64,000 nt of DNA. It comes from Escherichia coli (GTDB taxonomy: Bacteria; Pseudomonadota; Gammaproteobacteria; Enterobacterales; Enterobacteriaceae). A program made the translations under genes and the position numbers. Numbering within the stretch: the first letter of the stretch is position 1; every line of letters starts with the position of its first letter. The stretch lies in the NCBI RefSeq assembly GCF_048403405.1, contig NZ_CP183129.1; one strand, written 5' to 3'. Under the pieces are notes generated by a model. It saw only the letters and a list, made by a program, of their open reading frames with translations. It was not told where the DNA came from and ran no database searches. Below are positions 48,662 to 61,943 of the stretch, one piece after another.

Positions 48662-49621
48662 TTAATGACCGTTCGGAATATCAGCATCAGTGAGTTGGGT
48701 TGTCGCCAGCACAATCTCACGTTCAAAGCCCTGTTCCAGCATGCGCAAGGCAATTTTAATGGCTTGTTCATGCATACCTTCTACTTTGCCTTTCTGCAAC
48801 CCCTCCAATTTCCCCTCCTGCCAACCTTCAATTTTACCTTCCTGCCAGCCAATTTGATGTCCTTCCTGCCGCAGCCGTTCAGCAATAGTCATTAATCTCT
48901 CCTTTTGTAGTGGTGAACGTTCGGCAATCTCCTCAATAAAACGGGTGAAACGGGAGGTATCGCCGCATTGCAGCAGGTAATTAAACAGCGTTTGTAGCTG
49001 GCTGTCATTAGTGAAGCCTCTAACCAAAAGCGTGGTGATCCTGTCGACCATACCGATTAAATCGCGGTCGCGAATATGCTTTTGAATCAGTTCCAGCAGA
49101 GCTATACGCCGATGTTGCATGATCTCATCGTCAGGTACGATGGTGATATCCACCAACGGAAAAGCTTCGGTGTACAACTGCCGGGCAAGTTGCGGATCGT
49201 CAAACTCATCCAGCCAGTTGAGTGAGTACGGGTAGGGCGAGGTTTCGCCATGATAAAACAGCAATGGCACCACCAGCGGAACTCTGTCATAGCCTTTATC
49301 CAGGTGACGCTGCATGGCGGCAGTGGCATAGCGCATTAGCCGAAAAGCCATATTCTTTTCTGCAGAGCTTTGATGTTCAATCACGCAGTAGATATAGCCT
49401 TCACCGTCGCTGGTTTCCACAGACCACAAAACATCCGAGTAGTAAGCGCGTAAACTTTTTTCAATAAAGCTGGTGGGTTCCAGGCGTAAAGTTTGCAGGT
49501 TGCAAAGCTTGCGCAGCGGCTCTGGTAGATGTATTTCCAGAAAATCCCGAGCGGTTTCGGGTGTGAACATAAAGGTTTTAAACACCGCATCATGCGGGGA
49601 GGAGGTTGTTGATTCGGTCAT
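48662..49621 (-). CDS. yfaD: Rpn-family recombination-promoting nuclease (PDDEXK / transposase_31-like) YfaD/RpnE
   Basis: 319-aa ORF; N-terminal PD-(D/E)xK-type region ([24 protein letters not shown]) and C-terminal GWQEGK(I/L)EG repeats. Confidence 0.88.
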   Translation of the reverse strand: MTESTTSSPHDAVFKTFMFTPETARDFLEIHLPEPLRKLCNLQTLRLEPTSFIEKSLRAYYSDVLWSVETSDGEGYIYCVIEHQSSAEKNMAFRLMRYATAAMQRHLDKGYDRVPLVVPLLFYHGETSPYPYSLNWLDEFDDPQLARQLYTEAFPLVDITIVPDDEIMQHRRIALLELIQKHIRDRDLIGMVDRITTLLVRGFTNDSQLQTLFNYLLQCGDTSRFTRFIEEIAERSPLQKERLMTIAERLRQEGHQIGWQEGKIEGWQEGKLEGLQKGKVEGMHEQAIKIALRMLEQGFEREIVLATTQLTDADIPNGH

Positions 49622-49765
49622 GGTTGTCCGTCACCTGATATTTATGATGACGCGACATTACGGTTATCCCAGGCCTTTGACATCTGCCAGTTTCAGCCTT
49701 TGCGAGACGTTTTCAGAGGAATTTTCACTGCGTTGCAACGCATACATTGGGCACGGAATCGTGTA

Positions 49766-49800
49766 CGCAAAAATGCCCGGTAACAACATGCTTACCGGGC
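49766..49800 (-). terminator. Rho-independent terminator downstream of glpC (end of glpABC)
   Basis: On the minus strand, hairpin gcccggtaa-gcatgttg-ttaccgggc followed by a T-rich tract (atttttgcg). Confidence 0.6.
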
Positions 49801-49813
49801 ATCAGAAAGGAGT

Positions 49814-53878
<4,065 letters not shown>

Positions 53879-54023
53879 TGTTATCCCTCTGAAGTTCGTT
53901 TTTTACCATTTAGCCATAGTAAAAACATGAATTGTTTGATTTCGCGCATATTCGCTCATAATTCGAAAGTGAAACGTGATTTCATGCGTCATTCTGAACA
54001 TTTCAACCATCGTATTTAATAAT

Positions 54024-54039
54024 GTGTGCGGTAATTCAC
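54024..54039. promoter_or_regulatory. CRP-binding-site-like palindrome in the divergent glpA / glpT control region
   Basis: tgtgcggtaattcaca matches TGTGA-N6-TCACA at 9 of 10 positions; the glpACB-glpTQ intergenic region is known to be cAMP-CRP and GlpR controlled. Confidence 0.5.
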
Positions 54040-54150
54040 ATTTAATTTATGAATGTTTTCTTAACATCGCGGCAACTCAAGAAACGGCAGGTTCTCCCAC
54101 TGAATCAGGCTGTTAATCATAAATAAGACCACGGGCCACGGAGGCTATCA

Positions 54151-55509
54151 ATGTTGAGTATTTTTAAACCAGCGCCACATAAAGCGCGCTTACCTGCCGC
54201 GGAGATCGATCCGACTTATCGTCGATTGCGCTGGCAAATTTTCCTGGGGATATTCTTTGGTTATGCTGCTTACTATTTGGTTCGTAAGAACTTTGCACTC
54301 GCTATGCCTTATCTGGTCGAGCAGGGCTTCTCACGCGGTGATTTAGGTTTTGCCCTTTCGGGGATCTCGATTGCTTATGGATTTTCGAAATTCATCATGG
54401 GCTCGGTGTCGGATCGCTCGAATCCGCGCGTTTTCCTGCCCGCAGGTTTGATTCTGGCGGCGGCAGTGATGTTGTTTATGGGCTTTGTGCCGTGGGCGAC
54501 GTCGAGCATCGCGGTGATGTTTGTACTGTTGTTCCTCTGCGGTTGGTTCCAGGGGATGGGATGGCCGCCGTGCGGTCGTACTATGGTGCACTGGTGGTCG
54601 CAGAAAGAACGTGGCGGCATTGTGTCAGTATGGAACTGTGCGCACAACGTCGGTGGTGGTATTCCGCCGCTGCTGTTCCTGCTGGGGATGGCCTGGTTCA
54701 ATGACTGGCACGCCGCGCTCTATATGCCCGCATTCTGCGCCATTCTGGTGGCACTGTTCGCCTTTGCGATGATGCGCGATACCCCGCAATCCTGTGGCCT
54801 GCCGCCGATCGAAGAGTACAAAAATGATTATCCGGACGACTATAACGAAAAAGCGGAACAGGAGCTGACTGCGAAGCAAATCTTCATGCAGTACGTGCTG
54901 CCGAACAAACTGCTGTGGTACATCGCTATCGCCAACGTGTTCGTTTATCTGCTGCGTTACGGCATCCTCGACTGGTCACCGACTTATCTGAAAGAGGTGA
55001 AACACTTCGCGCTGGATAAATCCTCCTGGGCCTACTTCTTCTATGAGTATGCGGGCATTCCGGGCACCCTGCTGTGCGGCTGGATGTCGGATAAAGTCTT
55101 CCGTGGCAACCGTGGGGCCACCGGCGTCTTCTTTATGACACTGGTAACCATCGCGACTATCGTTTACTGGATGAACCCGGCAGGTAACCCAACCGTAGAT
55201 ATGATTTGTATGATTGTTATCGGCTTCCTGATTTACGGCCCTGTGATGCTGATCGGTCTGCATGCGCTGGAACTGGCACCGAAAAAAGCGGCAGGTACGG
55301 CAGCGGGCTTTACCGGGCTGTTTGGTTACCTGGGCGGTTCGGTGGCGGCGAGCGCGATTGTTGGCTACACCGTGGACTTCTTCGGCTGGGATGGCGGCTT
55401 TATGGTAATGATTGGCGGCAGCATTCTCGCGGTTATCTTGTTGATTGTTGTGATGATTGGCGAAAAACGTCGCCATCAGGAATTACTGCAAAAACGCAAC
55501 GGAGGCTAA
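54151..55509 (+). CDS. glpT: Glycerol-3-phosphate:phosphate antiporter GlpT (MFS)
   Basis: 452-aa ORF matching recalled GlpT. Confidence 0.97.
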   Translation: MLSIFKPAPHKARLPAAEIDPTYRRLRWQIFLGIFFGYAAYYLVRKNFALAMPYLVEQGFSRGDLGFALSGISIAYGFSKFIMGSVSDRSNPRVFLPAGLILAAAVMLFMGFVPWATSSIAVMFVLLFLCGWFQGMGWPPCGRTMVHWWSQKERGGIVSVWNCAHNVGGGIPPLLFLLGMAWFNDWHAALYMPAFCAILVALFAFAMMRDTPQSCGLPPIEEYKNDYPDDYNEKAEQELTAKQIFMQYVLPNKLLWYIAIANVFVYLLRYGILDWSPTYLKEVKHFALDKSSWAYFFYEYAGIPGTLLCGWMSDKVFRGNRGATGVFFMTLVTIATIVYWMNPAGNPTVDMICMIVIGFLIYGPVMLIGLHALELAPKKAAGTAAGFTGLFGYLGGSVAASAIVGYTVDFFGWDGGFMVMIGGSILAVILLIVVMIGEKRRHQELLQKRNGG

Positions 55510-55513
55510 TGGC

Positions 55514-56590
55514 ATGAAATTGACGCTAAAAAACCTTAGCATGGCGATCATGATGAGTGGAATGATCATGGGAAGCAGTGCAATGGCGGCGGATAGCAAC
55601 GAAAAAATAGTCATCGCCCATCGCGGTGCCAGTGGTTATTTGCCGGAGCATACGCTGCCAGCAAAAGCGATGGCGTATGCGCAGGGAGCGGATTATCTGG
55701 AACAAGATTTGGTGATGACCAAAGACGACCATCTGGTTGTCCTGCATGACCATTATCTCGATCGTGTTACTGATGTTGCCGATCGTTTCCCGGCTCGGGC
55801 GCGCAAAGACGGTCGTTACTACGCGATAGATTTCACGCTCGATGAAATTAAGTCACTGAAATTTACCGAAGGTTTCGATATTGAAAACGGTAAGAAAGTA
55901 CAGACTTATCCGGGGCGTTTCCCGATGGGTAAGTCCGACTTCCGGGTGCACACCTTTGAAGAAGAGATTGAATTTGTTCAGGGGTTAAATCACTCTACCG
56001 GGAAAAATATCGGTATCTATCCAGAAATTAAAGCGCCGTGGTTCCATCATCAGGAAGGGAAGGATATTGCGGTAAAAACGCTGGAAGTGCTGAAGAAATA
56101 TGGTTACACCGGTAAGGACGATAAAGTTTATTTGCAATGTTTTGATGCTGATGAGCTGAAGCGTATTAAGAAAGAGCTGGAACCTAAAATGGGCATGGAT
56201 CTCAATCTGGTACAGCTGATTGCCTATACCGACTGGAATGAAACGCAGCAGAAACAGCCGGACGGAAGCTGGGTTAATTACAACTACGACTGGATGTTTA
56301 AGCCGGGGGCCATGAAACAGGTGGCGGAATATGCTGATGGTATTGGTCCGGATTACCATATGTTGATTGAGGAGACATCGCAGCCAGGTAATATCAAACT
56401 CACTGGCATGGTGCAAGATGCTCAGCAGAATAAACTGGTAGTGCATCCTTACACCGTGCGGTCAGATAAGCTGCCTGAATACACTACTGATGTGAATCAG
56501 TTATATGATGCTCTGTATAACAAAGCGGGTGTAAATGGGCTGTTTACTGATTTCCCTGATAAGGCAGTAAAATTCCTTAATAAAGAGTAA
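55514..56590 (+). CDS. glpQ: Periplasmic glycerophosphodiester phosphodiesterase GlpQ
   Basis: 358 aa from MKLTLKNLSMAIMMSG (signal peptide) with ggagg SD; HRGASGYLPEHT motif. Confidence 0.96.
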   Translation: MKLTLKNLSMAIMMSGMIMGSSAMAADSNEKIVIAHRGASGYLPEHTLPAKAMAYAQGADYLEQDLVMTKDDHLVVLHDHYLDRVTDVADRFPARARKDGRYYAIDFTLDEIKSLKFTEGFDIENGKKVQTYPGRFPMGKSDFRVHTFEEEIEFVQGLNHSTGKNIGIYPEIKAPWFHHQEGKDIAVKTLEVLKKYGYTGKDDKVYLQCFDADELKRIKKELEPKMGMDLNLVQLIAYTDWNETQQKQPDGSWVNYNYDWMFKPGAMKQVAEYADGIGPDYHMLIEETSQPGNIKLTGMVQDAQQNKLVVHPYTVRSDKLPEYTTDVNQLYDALYNKAGVNGLFTDFPDKAVKFLNKE

Positions 56591-57457
56591 TGCTATTGCA
56601 GGATGGCGTTCATGCGCCATCCTGTCTCACATCAAATTTTTCCAATCTCCACTAATTGTTCCGTGCACATTTGCAGTAAAAACAGTGGACTGCCTTCTAC
56701 CGGCTTTTCTTTAGCCAGCAACGAAATCTGTCGATAGAAGGTTGGTTCGAGAGGAACGGAACACAATTCATCTGCAATGGTTTTCAGCGTTAACTCTGGT
56801 AATAAGGCGATGCCTAATCCCTGTCGAATAAAACTGATCGCTGTATCCGGGTGATTAAATTCATATTTTATCTGTGGGGTAATATTCTTTTCTTTAAATA
56901 GTGCCATAATGCTTAATTCATAGCGTCCTTTACTAATAATTAATGGTTCACCCATTAACTCTTCCACTGTAATAGTGCTGTTTTTTGCCAGAGCATGGTT
57001 GGGCGGTAACACTACGGTGAATTTATCCTGATAAATGGGCACGGAGTACATTCCGCTCACCGGAAAATGAACAAAACCGGCATCAATGGATTCATTCTGA
57101 AGGGAATCAATAATCGCTGTGCTATTTTCCTCAAAAGGAATAATTTTTATATTCGGATGATGAATTTCAAAGTAGCGAATCACAGCCGGTAAGATACAGG
57201 CGCAGACGCTGGGGAAACAACCAAGTCTCAGCGTTCTTTGAGGGTTCTGCTTTTCCTGCTCGGCTATCTCTTTTACTGCGTTCACTTCCCGATTAATGGC
57301 GCGCAGATGATGCACAATGCGATGACCTGCTGCGGTCAGTTGTATAGCTTTACGGCGATCGCGTAACAGTATACTCACGCCAAGTTCTTGTTCGAGGGCA
57401 GCAATTGCCTGACTTACCGCCGACTGCGTCATGAACAATCGCTTGCTGGCTTCAGTA

Positions 57458-57466
57458 AAGCCACCG
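57458..57466. repeat. IS1 target-site duplication, copy 1 (AAGCCACCG)
   Basis: 9-bp direct repeat immediately abutting the IS1 end, identical to 58235..58243. Confidence 0.95.
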
Positions 57467-57481
57467 GGTAATGACTCCAAC

Positions 57482-57985
57482 TTATTGATAGTGTTTTATG
57501 TTCAGATAATGCCCGATGACTTTGTCATGCAGCTCCACCGATTTTGAGAACGACAGCGACTTCCGTCCCAGCCGTGCCAGGTGCTGCCTCAGATTCAGGT
57601 TATGCCGCTCAATTCGCTGCGTATATCGCTTGCTGATTACGTGCAGCTTTCCCTTCAGGCGGGATTCATACAGCGGCCAGCCATCCGTCATCCATATCAC
57701 CACGTCAAAGGGTGACAGCAGGCTCATAAGACGCCCCAGCGTCGCCATAGTGCGTTCACCGAATACGTGCGCAACAACCGTCTTCCGGAGCCTGTCATAC
57801 GCGTAAAACAGCCAGCGCTGGCGCGATTTAGCCCCGACGTATCCCCACTGTTCGTCCATTTCCGCGCAGACGATGACGTCACTGCCCGGCTGTATGCGCG
57901 AGGTTACCGACTGCGGCCTGAGTTTTTTAAATGGCGGAAAATCGTGTTGAGGCCAACGCCCATAATGCGGGCGGTTGCCCGGCAT
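57482..57985 (-). CDS. insB: IS1 transposase InsB (expressed as InsAB' fusion by -1 frameshift)
   Basis: 167-aa ORF matching InsB; overlaps insA; A6C slippery motif (minus-strand ttaaaaaac, plus 57922..57928) lies inside the overlap. Confidence 0.95.
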   Translation of the reverse strand: MPGNRPHYGRWPQHDFPPFKKLRPQSVTSRIQPGSDVIVCAEMDEQWGYVGAKSRQRWLFYAYDRLRKTVVAHVFGERTMATLGRLMSLLSPFDVVIWMTDGWPLYESRLKGKLHVISKRYTQRIERHNLNLRQHLARLGRKSLSFSKSVELHDKVIGHYLNIKHYQ

Positions 57986-58179
57986 CCAACGCCATTCATG
58001 GCCATATCAATGATTTTCTGGTGCGTACCGGGTTGAGAAGCGGTGTAAGTGAACTGCAGTTGCCATGTTTTACGGCAGTGAGAGCAGAGATAGCGCTGAT
58101 GTCCGGCGGTGCTTTTGCCGTTACGCACCACCCCGTCAGTAGCTGAACAGGAGGGACAGCTGATAGAAACAGAAGCCAC
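57904..58179 (-). CDS. insA: IS1 protein InsA (zinc-finger/HTH regulator)
   Basis: 91-aa ORF with CPSC...CSHC zinc-finger cysteines. Confidence 0.95.
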   Translation of the reverse strand: MASVSISCPSCSATDGVVRNGKSTAGHQRYLCSHCRKTWQLQFTYTASQPGTHQKIIDMAMNGVGCRATARIMGVGLNTIFRHLKNSGRSR

Positions 58180-58234
58180 TGGAGCACCTCAAAAACACCA
58201 TCATACACTAAATCAGTAAGTTGGCAGCATCACC

Positions 58235-58243
58235 AAGCCACCG
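58235..58243. repeat. IS1 target-site duplication, copy 2 (AAGCCACCG)
   Basis: 9-bp direct repeat immediately abutting the other IS1 end, identical to 57458..57466. Confidence 0.95.
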
Positions 58244-58438
58244 TAATCCAGCACGGCGAGTAAAGAATTTATTTGAGTAAGAGTCATTAGAGTTTGCTAA
58301 TCAATAATATTAAAACGATTAATTTCTCTAATAGCGTGCCGCCATTTATACTTCTGTTCTGCAAAGTACATCACAATTTGACGCAACCGCAGTAACGGGA
58401 GTGTTGTCTGCGTGCGTCATCCTGACAGGCGGTAGGGT

Positions 58439-59629
58439 ATGAAAGAGAAGTTATGGACGAAGGATTTTTGGGCAATAACCATCATCAGCTTTATTATTTT
58501 CTTCGTCTTTTATGTTTTACTAACATTGTTGCCAATTTATATCTCAGACCGCTTGCATGCCTCTCCTGATAAAGCAGGTTTGTTGGTGACTTTATTTTTA
58601 ATTGCCGCCATTGTTATTCGCCCCTTTGCCGGGCAATGGGTAGGTAAATATTCGAATAAAACTATTCTGGGGCTCTCTTCTCTGGCCTTTTTGGTGGTCA
58701 CTGCGCTGTATCCTTTTTGCCACTCAATTGAATCACTGCTTTTTATTCGGGTGCTTCATGGTATTACCTTCGGGGTTATCACTACGGTAAAAGGAACGAT
58801 TTCCGCGCGGCTGATCCCGGCCTCCCGACGTGGGGAGGGCATCAGTTTTTTCTCTCTGGCAATGGGGCTGGCAATGGTGGTCGGGCCGTGGATTGGTCTG
58901 AATATGGCGCGCTGGGAAGCCTTTAATCTGGCTTTCTGGCTATGCACCGGCGTGGCAGCGGTGGGGATTATTCTGTCGCTGATTATGACAGTGCCGCCGG
59001 TTATCAGCCATGCTGATGGTTCAACGCCGAAAATGGGCTTCGCCGCCATGTTCGATCGCGCGGCGTTGCCATTTGCGATGGTCACCTTTTTTATGACCTT
59101 TTCGTATGCCGGGGTTTCTGCTTTTCTGGCGCTTTATGCACGCGAACTTAACCTGATGTCGGCAGCCAGTAATTTCCTGCTTTGCTACGCTATCTTCCTG
59201 ATGATCTGCCGTACCTTTACCGGCAATGTCTGCGACAAAAAAGGACCGAAATATGTGGTTTACCCTTGCCTTGTGTTCTTTACGGTAGGACTGGTGGTTC
59301 TCGGCTACACCCAGGGAAGCATAATGATGGTTGTTTCTGGCGCATTGATTGGTATCGGGTATGGTTCCGTGACGCCAGTTTTTCAGACGCAGATTATCAG
59401 TTCAGTGGAACCGCATAAAATCGGTGTCGCAAACTCCCTCTTCTTCAATGCGATGGATGCAGGCCTGGCGCTGGGAGCCTGTGTGATGGGGATGATGGTT
59501 GCACATACTGGCTACCGAATGATTTATCTGCTGGGTGCACTATTAGTGGTAGTGGCTGGTGGAGTCTATGCGCTGCAAATGAAGGGTAAAAGCGGTGTTG
59601 CGCTAGTAGTGGCAAAAGAAATTCATTAA
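58439..59629 (+). CDS. Uncharacterised MFS-family transporter, divergent from the LysR regulator gene
   Basis: 396-aa ORF with about 12 predicted hydrophobic helices; no specific family recognised; I do not recall this gene at the equivalent K-12 position. Confidence 0.8.
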   Translation: MKEKLWTKDFWAITIISFIIFFVFYVLLTLLPIYISDRLHASPDKAGLLVTLFLIAAIVIRPFAGQWVGKYSNKTILGLSSLAFLVVTALYPFCHSIESLLFIRVLHGITFGVITTVKGTISARLIPASRRGEGISFFSLAMGLAMVVGPWIGLNMARWEAFNLAFWLCTGVAAVGIILSLIMTVPPVISHADGSTPKMGFAAMFDRAALPFAMVTFFMTFSYAGVSAFLALYARELNLMSAASNFLLCYAIFLMICRTFTGNVCDKKGPKYVVYPCLVFFTVGLVVLGYTQGSIMMVVSGALIGIGYGSVTPVFQTQIISSVEPHKIGVANSLFFNAMDAGLALGACVMGMMVAHTGYRMIYLLGALLVVVAGGVYALQMKGKSGVALVVAKEIH

Positions 59630-59709
59630 TACGACACGTTTCATTAAGATTTTTCGCAGGTAACCACCTATAGTCATTGTCGTTAATAAAAAATGACAGG
59701 CGATAGGGT

Positions 59710-60360
59710 ATGGCAGTTTCAGCAAAGCACGACGAATTTAATCACTGGTGGGCAACAGAGGGTGACTGGGTTGAAGAGCCTAACTATCGCCGCAATGGTA
59801 TGAGCGGGGTGCAATGCGTCGAGCGCAACGGCAAAAAGCTATATGTAAAGCGCATGACGCATCATCTGTTTCATTCCGTACGTTATCCGTTCGGCCGACC
59901 AACGATTGTCCGTGAGGTTGCGGTAATTAAAGAACTGGAACGGGCCGGTGTCATCGTGCCGAAGATCGTTTTTGGTGAAGCGGTGAAAATTGAGGGGGAA
60001 TGGCGCGCGTTGCTGGTGACTGAAGATATGGCGGGGTTCATCAGCATTGCTGACTGGTATGCCCAGCATGCAGTAACGCCCTATTCTGACGAAGTACGGC
60101 AAGCCATGTTGAAAGCAGTGGCGCTGGCGTTTAAGAAAATGCATAGCGTTAATCGTCAGCATGGCTGTTGCTATGTTCGCCATATCTATGTGAAAACAGA
60201 AGGTAAGGCAGAAGCTGGATTTCTTGATCTGGAGAAAAGTCGTCGCCGCTTGCGTCGCGATAAAGCGATTAATCATGACTTCCGCCAGCTGGAAAAATAT
60301 CTGGAGCCGATCCCCAAAGCGGACTGGGAGCAGGTGAAAGCGTATTACTACGCCATGTAA
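59710..60360 (+). CDS. inaA: Acid-inducible Kdo/WaaP-family kinase-like protein InaA
   Basis: 216-aa ORF matching recalled InaA. Confidence 0.9.
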   Translation: MAVSAKHDEFNHWWATEGDWVEEPNYRRNGMSGVQCVERNGKKLYVKRMTHHLFHSVRYPFGRPTIVREVAVIKELERAGVIVPKIVFGEAVKIEGEWRALLVTEDMAGFISIADWYAQHAVTPYSDEVRQAMLKAVALAFKKMHSVNRQHGCCYVRHIYVKTEGKAEAGFLDLEKSRRRLRRDKAINHDFRQLEKYLEPIPKADWEQVKAYYYAM

Positions 60361-60413
60361 TCGTTGTAGGCCAGATAATACGCGTAAGCGTCGTATCTGG
60401 CGCTAGTACCCGA

Positions 60414-60668
60414 TCACAACTCGATTTCAATATCGCCTTTTGCCCGGCAACAACAGGGCAAAATTTCCCCCGGCTGAATAAAGGCTAACGGTTCGGCAAT
60501 CCAGTCCACCTGGCCTGCAACAAGGCGCGTGCGACAGGAACCGCAGTAACCTTCGCGGCACTGGTACTCAACCGCCACATTGTGGGATTCCAGCGCCGCC
60601 AGAAGGGAAGGGTGTTCATCCTGGCACAGCAGTTGTGTGCCAGTGATGCGCAGGGTAACGCGAGCCAT
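60414..60668 (-). CDS. yfaE: 2Fe-2S ferredoxin YfaE (NrdB diferric-tyrosyl radical cofactor maintenance)
   Basis: 84-aa ORF with Cys motif CREGYCGSC...CC; immediately downstream of nrdB. Confidence 0.93.
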   Translation of the reverse strand: MARVTLRITGTQLLCQDEHPSLLAALESHNVAVEYQCREGYCGSCRTRLVAGQVDWIAEPLAFIQPGEILPCCCRAKGDIEIEL

Positions 60669-61798
60669 CAGAGCTGGAAGTTACTCAAATCGTCGGTGTC
60701 CACTTCCGAGTCAATCTGCCCGACCAGATAAGAACTGACTTCCACTTCCTGCGGAGCAACCTGCACGTTATCAGACACCAGCCAGGTATTGATCCACGGG
60801 ATCGGGTTGGAGCGCGTCTGGAACGGCAGATCCAAACCGACTGCCTGCATGCGGATATTGGTGATGTATTCAACGTACTGGCAGAGAATGTCTTTATTCA
60901 GACCAATCATCGAACCGTCGCGGAACAGATAATCCGCCCAGTCTTTCTCTTGCTGTGCCGCCTGGACAAACAGGTCATAGCACTCCTGCTTACATTCTTC
61001 GGCAATTTCCGCCATCTCCGGATCATCCGCACCGCTGCGCAGCAGATTCAGCATATGCTGAGTACCGGTCAGGTGCAGGGCTTCGTCGCGGGCAATCAGG
61101 CGAATAATTTTGGCGTTACCTTCCATCAGTTCGCGTTCTGCAAAGGCAAAGGAACAAGCAAAGCTGACGTAGAAGCGGATCGCTTCCAGCGCGTTAACGC
61201 TCATCAGGCAGAGATACAGTTTTTTCTTCAGCTCGCGCAGGCTAACGGTTACGGTTTTACCGTTAACGGTGTGGGTACCTTCGCCCAGCAGATGCCAGTA
61301 GCTGGTCATTTCGATCAGCTCATCGTAATAGCTGGAGATCCCTTCCGCACGTTTCTGGATCTGCTCGTTGGTGACGATATCATCAAACACAACGGACGGA
61401 TCGTTAACGATATTACGAATGATATGGGTATAAGAACGAGAGTGAATGGTTTCTGAGAACGCCCAGGTTTCGACCCAGGTTTCCAGTTCAGGGATCGAGA
61501 TCAGCGGCAGCAGTGCCACGTTCGGGCTGCGACCCTGAATGGAGTCCAGCAACGTCTGATATTTCAGGTTGCTGATAAAGATGTGTTTTTCGTGTTCAGG
61601 CAGTGCCTGGTAATCGATACGGTCACGAGAAACGTCAACTTCTTCCGGACGCCAGAAGAAAGAGAGCTGCTTTTCGATCAGCTTTTCGAAGATGTCATAT
61701 TTTTGCTGATCGTAGCGAGCCACGTTGACCGGCTGACCAAAGAACATCGGTTCTTTGAGCTGATCATTTTTCGTCTGTGAAAAGGTGGTATATGCCAT
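60668..61798 (-). CDS. nrdB: Class Ia ribonucleotide reductase beta subunit NrdB
   Basis: 376 aa from [17 protein letters not shown]; the track ORF is a 17-codon upstream extension. Confidence 0.96.
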
Positions 61799-61819
61799 GA
61801 ATGTGTCCTGTTGGGAGTT

Positions 61820-61938
61820 TAATGCCGGATAAGGCATTTTACGCCGCATCCTGTGCCTGATGCGACGCTGGCGCGTCTTATCAGGCCTACAAACCGAGCC
61901 GTATGCCGGATAAGGCGTTCACGCCGCATCCGGCATCT
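61820..61938. repeat. REP/BIME cluster (three palindromic units) in the nrdA-nrdB intergenic region
   Basis: Three units of gccggataaggcg...cgccgcatccggc type in alternating orientation. Confidence 0.8.
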
Positions 61939-61943
61939 CAATA

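Larger units (their letters stand above)
57467..58234 (-). mobile_element. IS1: Insertion sequence IS1 (768 bp), complete, with imperfect terminal inverted repeats
   Basis: Ends ggtaatgactccaacttattgat ... atcagtaagttggcagcatcacc are imperfect inverted repeats; element length exactly 768 bp; contains insA and insB; flanked by identical 9-bp direct repeats. Confidence 0.97.
56632..58287 (-). pseudogene. LysR-family transcriptional regulator gene disrupted by IS1 within its N-terminal HTH (reconstructed intact length 292 aa)
   Basis: 5' fragment 58287..58235 encodes MTLTQINSLLAVLDYGG; after removing IS1 and one TSD copy the frame continues into 57466..56632 (GGFTEASKRLFMTQSAVSQAIAALEQELGV...), giving an uninterrupted 879-nt ORF; may correspond to the locus that is only a fragment (yfaH) in K-12. 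Confidence 0.85.

Noticed and set aside
56599-56624. Hairpin between the glpQ stop and the LysR gene stop as a bidirectional terminator
   Set aside because: Good 10-bp stem, but neither strand has a U-tract directly after it; it may still act as an RNA-stability element, but calling it an intrinsic terminator is not supported.
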